Positions 8,583-17,351 of a stretch of DNA of 64,000 nt are shown piece by piece; position 1 is the first letter of the stretch; the number at the start of each line of letters is the position of its first letter. Made by a program: the position numbers and the translations under genes. The stretch covers positions 288,001-352,000 of the forward strand of contig CAVZVA010000005.1 of NCBI GenBank assembly GCA_963778655.1, read 5' to 3'. A model generated the notes under the pieces. That model worked only from the letters and a program-made list of their open reading frames with translations, was not told the DNA's origin and ran no database searches. This DNA is from an uncultured delta proteobacterium. Its GTDB lineage: Bacteria; Myxococcota_A; Polyangia; Polyangiales; JAFGIB01.

Positions 8583-9998
8583 GGCGCGCTCCCGCCCGTG
8601 CCGCCGCCGCCCGTGATTAGCTCGGCGATGCGCGCCGCCGTCAGATCCTTGTGCGACTGCTGATCGGCCCGCGTCCACACGCTGGCGAGCCCGTGCTGCT
8701 CGTGCTCGATCCACACCGCCGCGCGCGCACCGCGCTCGTCGGCGTGCTTGCGCAGCTTGCCCGGCTTGATCGCCTGCGGCCGCAGGTCGACGCGCAGCCC
8801 GGCTGCCCGCAGCTCGGCGCTGAGCGCGAGCGCGTCTGCGAGCTTGTCGTCGCTCGCCGCCGCCACCATCGCGTCCAGCTCCGCCAGCGAGCCAGGATAC
8901 ATCTCGCGCTCGGCCATCACCACCAGGATGCGCTCGAGCCCGAGCGAGAAGCCGCAGGCGGGAATGTCGCGCCCGGAGAACATCCCGATCAGCCCGTCGT
9001 AGCGGCCGCCGCCGCCCAGCGAGCCCGCCAGGTCCGGCACGGCCACCTCGAAGATGCAGCCCGTGTAGTAGCCGAGGCCGCGGGCGAGCGTCACGTCGAA
9101 GCGCACGTGCTCGGCGGCGGGCGTGAGCGCGAGCAGAGCGAGCACCTCGCGCAGCTCGACCAGCGCGCGCGTGCCCGCGGCGTGCCCCTGTAGGCCGCGC
9201 TCCAGGTGCGCGAGGTCCGCCCGCTCGCCCAGCAAGCCGAGCAGCACCGCCCGCTGTGCGGCCTCCACGCCGCGCGCCTCGAGCTCGCGCGCGACGCCGT
9301 CCGTGCCGAGCTTGTCCAGTTTGTCGATCGCGACGATCGCGTCGGTCTCACGCGCCTGTGGCACCCCCGCCTGCTCGATCAACGCGCGCAGCAACGCGCG
9401 GTGGTTGAGCCGCACGCTGAAATCGCGGAAGCCGAGCCGGCGCAGGCACTCGGCCGCGGCCCCCGCGACCTCGGCCTCGACCAGCAGCGAGCTCGAGCCG
9501 ACCACGTCCACGTCGCACTGGTAGAACTCGCGGTAGCGGCCGCGGCCGGGCGTGTCCGCGCGCCAGACCGGCTGGAATCTGGTAGCGCTTGAAGACCGCG
9601 CCCAGCTTGTCCTGATGCGCTGCGTACGCGCGCGCCAGCGGCACGGTGAGATCGTAGCGCAGGCCGAGGTCCGCGAGCATCGGCTCGGCGCGTGGCGCGG
9701 TCACGCCGCTGCGGCTGTGCGCGAGGTGCTCGGGCTCGGCGATGTGCGCGGCCGCGGCGCGGATGCCCTCCACCAGCGGCTGCCCGCGCAGCAGGATCTT
9801 GAACAGCAGCTGGTCGCCTTCTTCGCCGTACTTGCCGAGCAGCGCGTCCAGGCGTTCCAGCGCGGGTGTCTCCAGCGGCTCGAAGCCGTGGCGCTCGAAC
9901 ACGTCGCGGATCACTGCGCCGACGTGCTCGCGCCGGCGCACATCCAGCGGCAAGAAATCGCGCGTGCCCTTGGCTGGTTGTGCGTTCGCCTTGCCCAT
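8579..9998 (-). CDS. hisS: Histidine--tRNA ligase, interrupted by a +1 frameshift near 9576
   Basis: KGTRDF, LRYDLTVP, KRYQI/QPVWRAD..GRYREFYQCDVD, LARGLGYYTG, GGGRYD, GFSLGLER. Length 1420 nt = 3n+1. Confidence 0.92.
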
Positions 9999-10153
9999 TG
10001 CACCTCGCCCCGCTGGAACGCGGCCCCCTACCACGGAACGCCGACCCGGGCCAGGCAAGCGCGGCCAGGCCCATCGTATTTTAAACCCGCGCGATGCGGC
10101 GCGCGGACCCTTCTCGCCCGACAGGCGCCGGGATCGGGGCTCGAGCTCGGCTC

Positions 10154-11020
10154 TCAACCCGGGGCGGGGTCCGCGTCGGGCAGCGACATGCCGACCAGCA
10201 CCTGCCCTCGGTGCGTGAGGAAGGGAACCAGCGCGATGCGCGCGCCGGGCGGCACCGACACCCGCGCTCCCAGCGTCCGGGCCTCGGCGATCTCGGTGCG
10301 AAAGCCGCGTTCGGCAAGCACCGATTGCAGGTTGCCGCACAACAGATTCGCCAGCTCGCACACGATCCCGTCGACCTCGGCGTCCGCGGGGCCCGGCTCG
10401 CCGCTGAAGCGCGCGGCCAGCTCGCGGGCGACCGGCTCCGGTACGCCCAGCAGCAGCGAGGTCTCGAGCTCACCACGCATGGTCACGCGCGCGTTGCGAT
10501 CGGAGAGTGGCAACACGTCTTCCAGCACGCGCAGGCGCTCGGTCTTGCTGGTCAGGTCGCACACGCGCAGCAACAGTTTGTGCGCCAGGTGAAACAGCTC
10601 GAAGGCGACCTCGCGCAGCGGCAGCTGGTCGGGAATGGTGACCACGTCAGGCTCGAGCCGCGCTTCGGCCGCCAGGAACTCGGCGGCTGCGGCCTCCACC
10701 TGGTCGGCACGCAGGTAGCCGAGCGCGCACAGCGCCTCGCCAAGCTGCACGTGGCCGTCCTGCTGGGCGGCGCGCACGCGCCGCACTTGCTCGTCGCTGA
10801 GCACGCCCAGCCGCACGCCGGCCTCGCCGAAGCGCAGGTCCTCGCGGGCCTGCAGCGAGCGAATGCGCTCCACGTCGAAGGGCGTCGCCAGCCCCATGGC
10901 GACCGCACAGCTGCCGAGCTTGTTATTGTTCCCTTCCTGATACTCTAACGCCGCCAGCAGCTGGGGGGCGGTGATCCTCCCGTTCGCCACCAGGTACTGC
11001 CCGAAGAAGCGCGCCCTCAT
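10154..11020 (-). CDS. MshEN-like repeat / CheX-family fusion protein
   Basis: Four xLGxxLxxxGxxxxxxxxxxxxxQ-like repeats followed by a CheX-like domain (GELETSLLLGVP..DGIVCELANLLCGNL). Confidence 0.7.
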   Translation of the reverse strand: MRARFFGQYLVANGRITAPQLLAALEYQEGNNNKLGSCAVAMGLATPFDVERIRSLQAREDLRFGEAGVRLGVLSDEQVRRVRAAQQDGHVQLGEALCALGYLRADQVEAAAAEFLAAEARLEPDVVTIPDQLPLREVAFELFHLAHKLLLRVCDLTSKTERLRVLEDVLPLSDRNARVTMRGELETSLLLGVPEPVARELAARFSGEPGPADAEVDGIVCELANLLCGNLQSVLAERGFRTEIAEARTLGARVSVPPGARIALVPFLTHRGQVLVGMSLPDADPAPG

Positions 11021-11131
11021 CCCTCAGCGCCCACCCGTCCTAACCCACCTACAGCATAGCAGACCCGCGCCCGCAAGCGCGCCTGCCAGGCCGCCGCCGA
11101 CCCCGTGGCCGCCCGCTGCGGTCCGCGACCC

Positions 11132-12490
11132 TCAGCGCAGCACGGTCAGCACGATCACCGCCCAGCCTCCCTTGGGCACGTCGATCACCTGCCGCTTTTC
11201 GATCCCGCGGACGCGCAGCACGACGGTGCGCTTGCCCGGCGCCACCCGCGCGCGGGCGAACGCGATCCGCGCCGGCAGCGTGGACCAACTGCGCGTGTCG
11301 GGGGTGTCCACGGCGGTCATCGTCGCCTGCGTGCCCAGGCTGAGCAGCGCGCCCAGCAAGCCGCCGCCCGCCGCCCGCCGCGTCACTTCGCCCGCCACCA
11401 CCCGCGTCAGCAGACGCGTGATCGCGGACGCGATCACCGAGCCCTCCACGTCCTTCCACGCCTGCTTCGCCTGCTGGTCGACCGCCATCATGCCGTCGAG
11501 CGAGACTGGCTGCTGATCGACCAGGCACTCGGGCACGCCCCATTGCCCGCGCGCCCGGCCCAGCGTCGGGTAGTTCACCCAGGTCACCAGGCCCTGCGCC
11601 GCCAGGTAGTTGGCGCGGCTGCTCTGCGCGGGGCTGAGATAGACGGCGGCCAGCGTGAGCGCCAGGCCGATCGGCACGCGCTTGGCGATCTTGGCGGGCA
11701 CGCGGCCGTAGTTGACGATCATGAGCACGTCGCCCCAGTCGTCGCTCGCGGTGGTCTCGCCGCTGGTCGCGATTGACTCGCGGATGCGTGGCGTGGTGTA
11801 GCTGTCGAGCTTGGAGAGTCGGCGCAGCGGCTCGCCCAGCGACGCGTACTCGCCGAACTGCAACGCCTCGTCGTAGTAGCGCAGGGCCTCGCCCGGCTGC
11901 CTGCTCTTCTCGAAGATGAAGCCGGCCAGATAGCTCCCCGGGCCCGACAGCGACTTGCCCATGCTGTCGTGCTCGGCCACGAACTGCTGCATCACCGCGA
12001 AGCGCCGCGCCTCCACCCGCGCGCCGTTCAAGTCTCCACGCGCCAGGTAGTTCATCATGTTGAGCGTGTTGATCATCAGCTTCTCGTACGGCGGCGCCTT
12101 GTAGGGCCCCGACTGGTCCGAGAACATGTACTTGGCGATGTCGTCCAGCGCTCCGCGCGAGAAGTCCAGGATCTCGACCTGCTTGTCGGCCAGCTCGAGG
12201 TCGCGGCTGGAGTAGCCGTACATGTTGAGCTGCTGCTCGACCGACGCGCGGTCGAGCACGAACAGCACGTTGTCCCCCGCGATCTTGGGCGGCACCTGCT
12301 TGGAGTCGTCGACGTCGAGCTGCTCGTTCAGCAACTCGAGCGCTTCGCGCGGGCGCCCCTCGTCGAGCGCGGTCCGTGCGCCTTCGGTTCGCGCGGCGTG
12401 CCCGGCGCAGCCCGCGAGCAGCAGCACGAGCCCGCCCGCGATCGGCCAGTTGCTGAACCGGCCATGCTCGCGCCGTCTCGTGCTCGCCAC
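11132..12490 (-). CDS. COG3014-like TPR lipoprotein
   Basis: LLAGC lipobox; YKAPPYEK, ARVEARR and DTRSWSTLP motifs; downstream of lpoB-like gene. Confidence 0.75.
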   Translation of the reverse strand: MASTRRREHGRFSNWPIAGGLVLLLAGCAGHAARTEGARTALDEGRPREALELLNEQLDVDDSKQVPPKIAGDNVLFVLDRASVEQQLNMYGYSSRDLELADKQVEILDFSRGALDDIAKYMFSDQSGPYKAPPYEKLMINTLNMMNYLARGDLNGARVEARRFAVMQQFVAEHDSMGKSLSGPGSYLAGFIFEKSRQPGEALRYYDEALQFGEYASLGEPLRRLSKLDSYTTPRIRESIATSGETTASDDWGDVLMIVNYGRVPAKIAKRVPIGLALTLAAVYLSPAQSSRANYLAAQGLVTWVNYPTLGRARGQWGVPECLVDQQPVSLDGMMAVDQQAKQAWKDVEGSVIASAITRLLTRVVAGEVTRRAAGGGLLGALLSLGTQATMTAVDTPDTRSWSTLPARIAFARARVAPGKRTVVLRVRGIEKRQVIDVPKGGWAVIVLTVLR

Positions 12491-12511
12491 CGGCTCACCT
12501 TGCCGCGCGGG

Positions 12512-13168
12512 TCAGTCCCGGATGATCGCCTTGGTGGTGTTGGTCTTGTTCTGGAACAAGATCTCTCCGGTCTCGACGTTCAGCACCTGCAGGAACAGGT
12601 AGTACTGCACGCGGCGCTGATCGCCGACGCGCTCGTCGGTGGTGTAGACCTTGCCCGTGACGAAGTAGCGCGCGCCGATCTGTTTGCCCCAGTGCGCGAT
12701 CTTGGTCTGGTCGAAGCCTTCGCCGTACTGGCGCCGGATCTCCTCCATCATCTGTTGCTGGTTCTGCATGCTGATCACGCGCACCGCGCCCCAGTTGATC
12801 AGCTGGGTCTCGATGTCGCTGAGCAGCGCGTCGAGCGCGCTGTCGATGTGCTCAGAGGTCTCGTTCTGCAGCGGCAGCACCGCGACCGGGGGCCTGTTCT
12901 CCTGCATCCAGCGCTGCACCACCGCCGAGTGGCGCATCGCCTCCATGTTCTCGTTCAACATGCGCTGCAGGTCCCGGCGGTCGAGCCCCGTGCTCATCGC
13001 GGCGTAGTCCAGACCCGGCTCGTCCGTTCCGCGCACCGCCTTGGGCCCGCTGCTGCAGGCCCCGAGTAGGGCACCGCACAGGCTCAGCCACAGCGCCGCG
13101 CGCTGCGTCGGCGCGCCGCTGGCGCGCTTGGGAACCCGCGGGTCCCGAAGATAAGTCTGCATGGTCAT
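12512..13168 (-). CDS. LpoB/CsgG-like lipoprotein (penicillin-binding protein activator LpoB family)
   Basis: LLGAC lipobox; NETSEHID, GKQIGARYFVTG and LNVETGEILF motifs. Confidence 0.8.
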   Translation of the reverse strand: MTMQTYLRDPRVPKRASGAPTQRAALWLSLCGALLGACSSGPKAVRGTDEPGLDYAAMSTGLDRRDLQRMLNENMEAMRHSAVVQRWMQENRPPVAVLPLQNETSEHIDSALDALLSDIETQLINWGAVRVISMQNQQQMMEEIRRQYGEGFDQTKIAHWGKQIGARYFVTGKVYTTDERVGDQRRVQYYLFLQVLNVETGEILFQNKTNTTKAIIRD

Positions 13169-13309
13169 TTCCCTTTTCCCACGGGTTCGGGTCACGGCGC
13201 TGGTTATAGGCGGCGTCCGCCCGCTCGACAAGTGGACGCGCCCGGCGCGAGGTCCTTCCAAAGGCCCGGGCTTGTTTGCTCCGCGCGCAGGTCGCAGGAT
13301 CGCGCGTCC

Positions 13310-14398
13310 ATGGCTCGGGCGCCTGCGTTCTCTGAGCTCGCGCCGGCGGTGGCTCCGGACGAGCTGGCCGCCGGGCTCGGCATCTCCGCCGAGGCGGCGC
13401 AGCTCTACCTGCAGAGCGACGTGATCGACCTGCACGTCGACTCGTTCATCTGGACGCGGTTGCTTGGCTACGACCTGCGCCGCCGCCACGGCCGCGGCCT
13501 GCTCGGGGCGCGTTACTACAGCCAGGTCGACTTTCCGCGCATGCGCGCGGCGCAGGTGAGCGGGGCGCTGTGGTCGATCACGACCAACCCGCTGCGCGGC
13601 GCGGCGGGCAGGGCGCGCGCGTTCGCCCGCAATCTGGACGCGTTCAGCGCCCTGTGCGCGTCGGCCGCGGACCAGGTCGCCGTGGTGCAAGACGTGGCCG
13701 GCTATCGCGCGGCGCGGGCGGCCGGCAAGCACGCGGTGTGGGTGGCGGTGCAAGGGGGCAACGCGCTCGACCGAGACCCCGACGCGCTGCAGCAGCTCGC
13801 GGATGGACGGGTGGTCGCGGTCACGCTGATCCATCTGTCCCGTTCGCGCCTGGGCGGCTCGAGCTCGCCGCTCGATCGCGCGCGCGGCGGCCTCAGCGCC
13901 GAGGGTCACGCCTACGTGGAGCGGCTCAATGCGATGCGCGTGTTCGTGGATCTGGCCCACATCAACCGTCGCGGGTTCTTTGACGCGGTCCAGGCCCACG
14001 ATCGCAGCCAGCCGCTGCTGGTTTCGCACACCGGCGTCAACGGTGCGTTCCGCAGCTGGCGCAACATCGACGACGAGCAGCTGCGCGCGGTGGCCGATAC
14101 CGGCGGCGTGGTGGGCGTGATCTTTCACGGCGGCTACTTGGGAGGCTCGTACCTCGGCGGCGGGCGCGCGGAGCAGATCGTCGATCACCTGGCCCACATC
14201 GTGCGGGTGGTCGGTGAGGACCACGCCGCGCTCGGCAGCGACTGGGACGGCGCCATCATCACCCCGCGCGACATGCCGACCTGTCTGGAGCTGCCGCGCC
14301 TGGCGCAGCACATGCTCGACCGGGGCTTCTCGCCCCAGCGGGTGCAGAAGATTCTCGGTGGAAATTTCCTGCGCGCGCTGCAGGCCCTGCGCGGCTGA
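13310..14398 (+). CDS. Membrane dipeptidase (M19) family amidohydrolase
   Basis: DLHVD, VDLAH, SHTG, RNIDD, LGSDWDG and KILGGNFLR motifs. Confidence 0.88.
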   Translation: MARAPAFSELAPAVAPDELAAGLGISAEAAQLYLQSDVIDLHVDSFIWTRLLGYDLRRRHGRGLLGARYYSQVDFPRMRAAQVSGALWSITTNPLRGAAGRARAFARNLDAFSALCASAADQVAVVQDVAGYRAARAAGKHAVWVAVQGGNALDRDPDALQQLADGRVVAVTLIHLSRSRLGGSSSPLDRARGGLSAEGHAYVERLNAMRVFVDLAHINRRGFFDAVQAHDRSQPLLVSHTGVNGAFRSWRNIDDEQLRAVADTGGVVGVIFHGGYLGGSYLGGGRAEQIVDHLAHIVRVVGEDHAALGSDWDGAIITPRDMPTCLELPRLAQHMLDRGFSPQRVQKILGGNFLRALQALRG

Positions 14399-14568
14399 GC
14401 AGCTGCCGAGGGTGAGATCCGCCCGCCGCACGTCCGTGATCGGGGACCTGCGCCGCAGCCGGCGCACAATCGTCGCTTTTCGTTACTTTGCTTTCGTCGC
14501 GTTTCGTGTTTTTGATTCCCCCGCTCGCCGTCTGGTGTCGGGCGCGGGCAAGCCAGGGAGGTCGGAAC

Positions 14569-14940
14569 GTGGGTCGGTACAAGGTGACTAGCGTGGGGAT
14601 TATCGCGGCGCTCGGACTGGTCGCCTGCGGAAGCGGCGCCTCGGAACCGAGCTCGGCCGGAAGCAGCGGCGGCGAGCTCACGCAGTACGAGGGCCCGATC
14701 GCTTCGACTGACGTCGATCGCGGCAAGGAGCTGTTCAGCACCTTCTGCGATGACTGCCACCCCGGCGGCGAGTCCGACGTGGGCCCCAGCCTGATCGCCA
14801 CGCCGCACACGCCGGCGCGCATCCGCAAGCAGATCCGCGAAGGCTCTGGCAAGATGAAGCCGTTTCCGGAGACGCGGGTGAGCAAGGACGACGTGGAAGC
14901 CATTCTCGCCTATCTGGCCTCCATCAACGCCGTGAAGTGA
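14569..14940 (+). CDS. Monoheme class I cytochrome c lipoprotein
   Basis: GGGAGG RBS; LVAC lipobox; CDDCH heme motif; distal Met in GKMKPF. Confidence 0.85.
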   Translation: MGRYKVTSVGIIAALGLVACGSGASEPSSAGSSGGELTQYEGPIASTDVDRGKELFSTFCDDCHPGGESDVGPSLIATPHTPARIRKQIREGSGKMKPFPETRVSKDDVEAILAYLASINAVK

Positions 14941-14949
14941 GCCGCTCCC

Positions 14950-14971
14950 GCGGCCGTCCCGGGACGGCCGC
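14950..14971. terminator. Perfect 22-bp GC palindrome after the cytochrome c gene
   Basis: GCGGCCGTCCCGGGACGGCCGC; no U-tract, so its function is uncertain. Confidence 0.3.
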
Positions 14972-15055
14972 AGCGCGCGCTCCGGTCATTCTGGAGCGGG
15001 AGCTTGAAATAGGCCGCCGTTCGGCGGCGTCCCACCCCAACGAGGTAGACCGACT

Positions 15056-15448
15056 ATGAAACGCCTTTCGATCGCTCTGTCGTTCACGCTCCTGGTTTCC
15101 GGGCTCGCCCTGCTGCTGCAAACTGCGGCCCGTGCCGACGCCGGCGCCTGCGGTGAGAAGGGTCAGCCCAAGTGCCCGCTGCAGGGCTGGATGGAGAAGA
15201 ACATGCAGGATCCGATCGACGCCAAGGACTTCAAGACGGTCGCGGCGTCGCTCGAGAAGGTGACCAAGTTCGTGCCCGATCCCAAGTGGAACGACGGCGC
15301 CAATGGCTGGTCGAAGCTCGCCGGCGAAGGCGTCAAGGCGGCCAAGGCCGGCGACCTCAAGGCCACCAAGGCGGCCTGCAAGAGCTGCCACAAGGCCTGG
15401 CGCAAGGAATACAAGAAGCAGTATCGACACCGCCCGATCCCCGGCTGA
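15056..15448 (+). CDS. Class II (c'/c556-like) cytochrome c
   Basis: Signal peptide; helical body; C-terminal CKSCH; GAGG RBS. Confidence 0.75.
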   Translation: MKRLSIALSFTLLVSGLALLLQTAARADAGACGEKGQPKCPLQGWMEKNMQDPIDAKDFKTVAASLEKVTKFVPDPKWNDGANGWSKLAGEGVKAAKAGDLKATKAACKSCHKAWRKEYKKQYRHRPIPG

Positions 15449-15487
15449 GCAGGCCGCGCCGTTGGGAGCCGCGGCGCGAACCGCGGC

Positions 15488-16375
15488 TCAGTTCGCCGGC
15501 GGCGCGTCCGCACGCGCGACCGCGGCCGCAGGGCCGAGCCCGAGGTTGTGCCAGATTCGCAGCGTGGCCTCGGCGCGGTTGAGCGTGTAGAAGTGCAGAC
15601 CTGGCGCGCCGTCGCGCAGTAGCTGCTCCGCCTGTCTGGTGGCGACTTCGATCCCGAGCGCCTGCTGTCCGGCCGGATCGTCCGCGAGCGCTGTCATCCG
15701 CTTGCGCAGCCAGAGCGGAATGTCTGCGCCACAGAAGCGTGAGAAGCGGTCGACCTGGCGATAGTCGGTGAGCGGCATCAGGCCGGGTACGATCGGGATC
15801 TCCACGCCCAGGGCGCGCACCCAATCCCGGAAGCGGAAGTACGCATCGTTGTTGTAGAAGTACTGGGTGATCGCCTCGTCCGCGCCGGCCTGGACCTTGC
15901 GCACGAAGTTATCCACGTCGGCCTGCGGGTTCGGCGCTTCCGGGTGGAACTCCGGATGGCACCCGACCGAGATGCGGAAACCGCCGCGCCCGCGGATGAA
16001 AGCCACCAACTCGTTGGCGTGCGCAAAGGCGCGCGGCAGCTCGGGCTCGTCGGTTGGGACGTCGCCGCGCAGTGCGACCACGCGTCGCACTCCGATCGCG
16101 CGGTAGGTGTCGAGCTGAGCCGCGATCTGCTCGCGGCTGGAGCCGATGCACGACAGATGCGGCGTGACCTCGAGCTCGGTGGTGCGGACGATCTCCGACG
16201 CGGTCTGATAGCTGCCCTCGCGCGTGCTGCCGCCGGCGCCGAACGTGACCGAGACGAAGCTCGGACGCAGCGAGGCCAACCGCTGCACGGTCTTGCCGAG
16301 GCGCCTGCGGCCGACCTCGGTTTTGGGCGGGAAGAACTCGAACGAGAAGCCTCTGGCGGGCACGTGTTGGCTCAT
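15488..16375 (-). CDS. metF: 5,10-methylenetetrahydrofolate reductase
   Basis: SFEFFPPK, SVTFGAGGS, ALRGD, ITQYF and GLHFYTLN motifs. Confidence 0.96.
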   Translation of the reverse strand: MSQHVPARGFSFEFFPPKTEVGRRRLGKTVQRLASLRPSFVSVTFGAGGSTREGSYQTASEIVRTTELEVTPHLSCIGSSREQIAAQLDTYRAIGVRRVVALRGDVPTDEPELPRAFAHANELVAFIRGRGGFRISVGCHPEFHPEAPNPQADVDNFVRKVQAGADEAITQYFYNNDAYFRFRDWVRALGVEIPIVPGLMPLTDYRQVDRFSRFCGADIPLWLRKRMTALADDPAGQQALGIEVATRQAEQLLRDGAPGLHFYTLNRAEATLRIWHNLGLGPAAAVARADAPPAN

Positions 16376-16565
16376 GATGCGGCCCCCCGGCCCTGCTCAG
16401 GCCGACGATCCGAGGCGCACGCTACCACGCCCTACACGGCCCGCCCAAGCACACGCGGGCGTACGTGCGGCCGGCCGCGCGTGAGTAGGCGCTCCGGGGC
16501 TGGGAGGCAGCCGGGTAAGCCACTGAAATTCCTGGACCCTCGCTCGAAACGCCGATCCCTGCGGG

Positions 16566-17099
16566 TCAGCGCTCGGAGTCCGAGAACGACACCTCGCCGC
16601 TGCGCCGCTTCTCTTGGCCGATGACGCCGAACTTGAGGCGACCGACCTCGGCGCGCCGCACCGTGACCACCAGCTCCATCCGCCGGTTCGGTTTGAACTG
16701 AGGTCGGGACAACGTGATCTTCTGGACGAAGGTCTTCTCTTTCCTGTCGTTGATCATGGTCGACATGTCCTCGACGAAGCGGCGCGGCCCGTCCTGGATG
16801 TCGTAGAAGAGCACCTCGAACTCCATGTCGTCGACCGCGCTGTTGAACGAGACCACCATCTGCGCCACCCACTTGCGCTTCTTGAGCTCCTTGTCGTTGG
16901 TCTCCCGCAGCAGCTTGTTGGCGTGGGCACGCGCAAACCCGATCAACGCTCGCTCGCTGAGCTTGTTCGGAATCGAGTTTTGCAGCAGGTAGATCTGCGC
17001 CTTGAGCCGGCCGGCCTGCGCGGTCGGCGCGAGGCCCAGCGCCAGCAAGGTGGCGGCGGCCAGGTAGAAGGCGATTGCGGCCAGCTTCCTTGATTTCAT
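16566..17099 (-). CDS. Hypothetical secreted beta-rich protein
   Basis: MKSRKLAA..AQA signal peptide; GGGAG RBS. Confidence 0.65.
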   Translation of the reverse strand: MKSRKLAAIAFYLAAATLLALGLAPTAQAGRLKAQIYLLQNSIPNKLSERALIGFARAHANKLLRETNDKELKKRKWVAQMVVSFNSAVDDMEFEVLFYDIQDGPRRFVEDMSTMINDRKEKTFVQKITLSRPQFKPNRRMELVVTVRRAEVGRLKFGVIGQEKRRSGEVSFSDSER

Positions 17100-17289
17100 C
17101 GGTTCCAACTCCCCAGTGTGTGACGGCGGGTGCCCGGCGAAGCGAGCGGACACTCGAGCTCCGAATCCGCCGACCTTACGAACATTTGGCCAGGGATGAA
17201 AGCCGAGTGTGCAAGCGACGTACACGCGGAGCCGATCATTCAACCCTCGGCCGAAAAAGCACGGAGGCCGCCAGGAACCGCCTGCTCCG

Positions 17290-17318
17290 TGGACTAGACT
17301 GACATGTCAGTCTAGTAT
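17290..17318 (+). promoter_or_regulatory. Sigma70-type promoter with an embedded perfect 24-bp palindromic operator
   Basis: TGGACT-N17-TAGTAT; palindrome ACTAGACTGACATGTCAGTCTAGT at 17293-17316. Confidence 0.75.
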
Positions 17319-17351
17319 CCGGCCGATTCCCCGCCCCGGCGGGACGGCCCC

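Noticed and set aside
9570..9585. Programmed ribosomal frameshift in hisS
   Set aside because: No slippery heptamer or homopolymer; an indel error is the simpler explanation.
12512..14467. 651-aa ORF as a single protein
   Set aside because: Only the last 218 codons (LpoB-like) are credible; the rest is antisense to the dipeptidase.
16376..16565. SAM/SAH riboswitch upstream of metF
   Set aside because: No SAM-I, SAM-II or SAH consensus seen by eye; an Rfam scan would be needed to exclude it.
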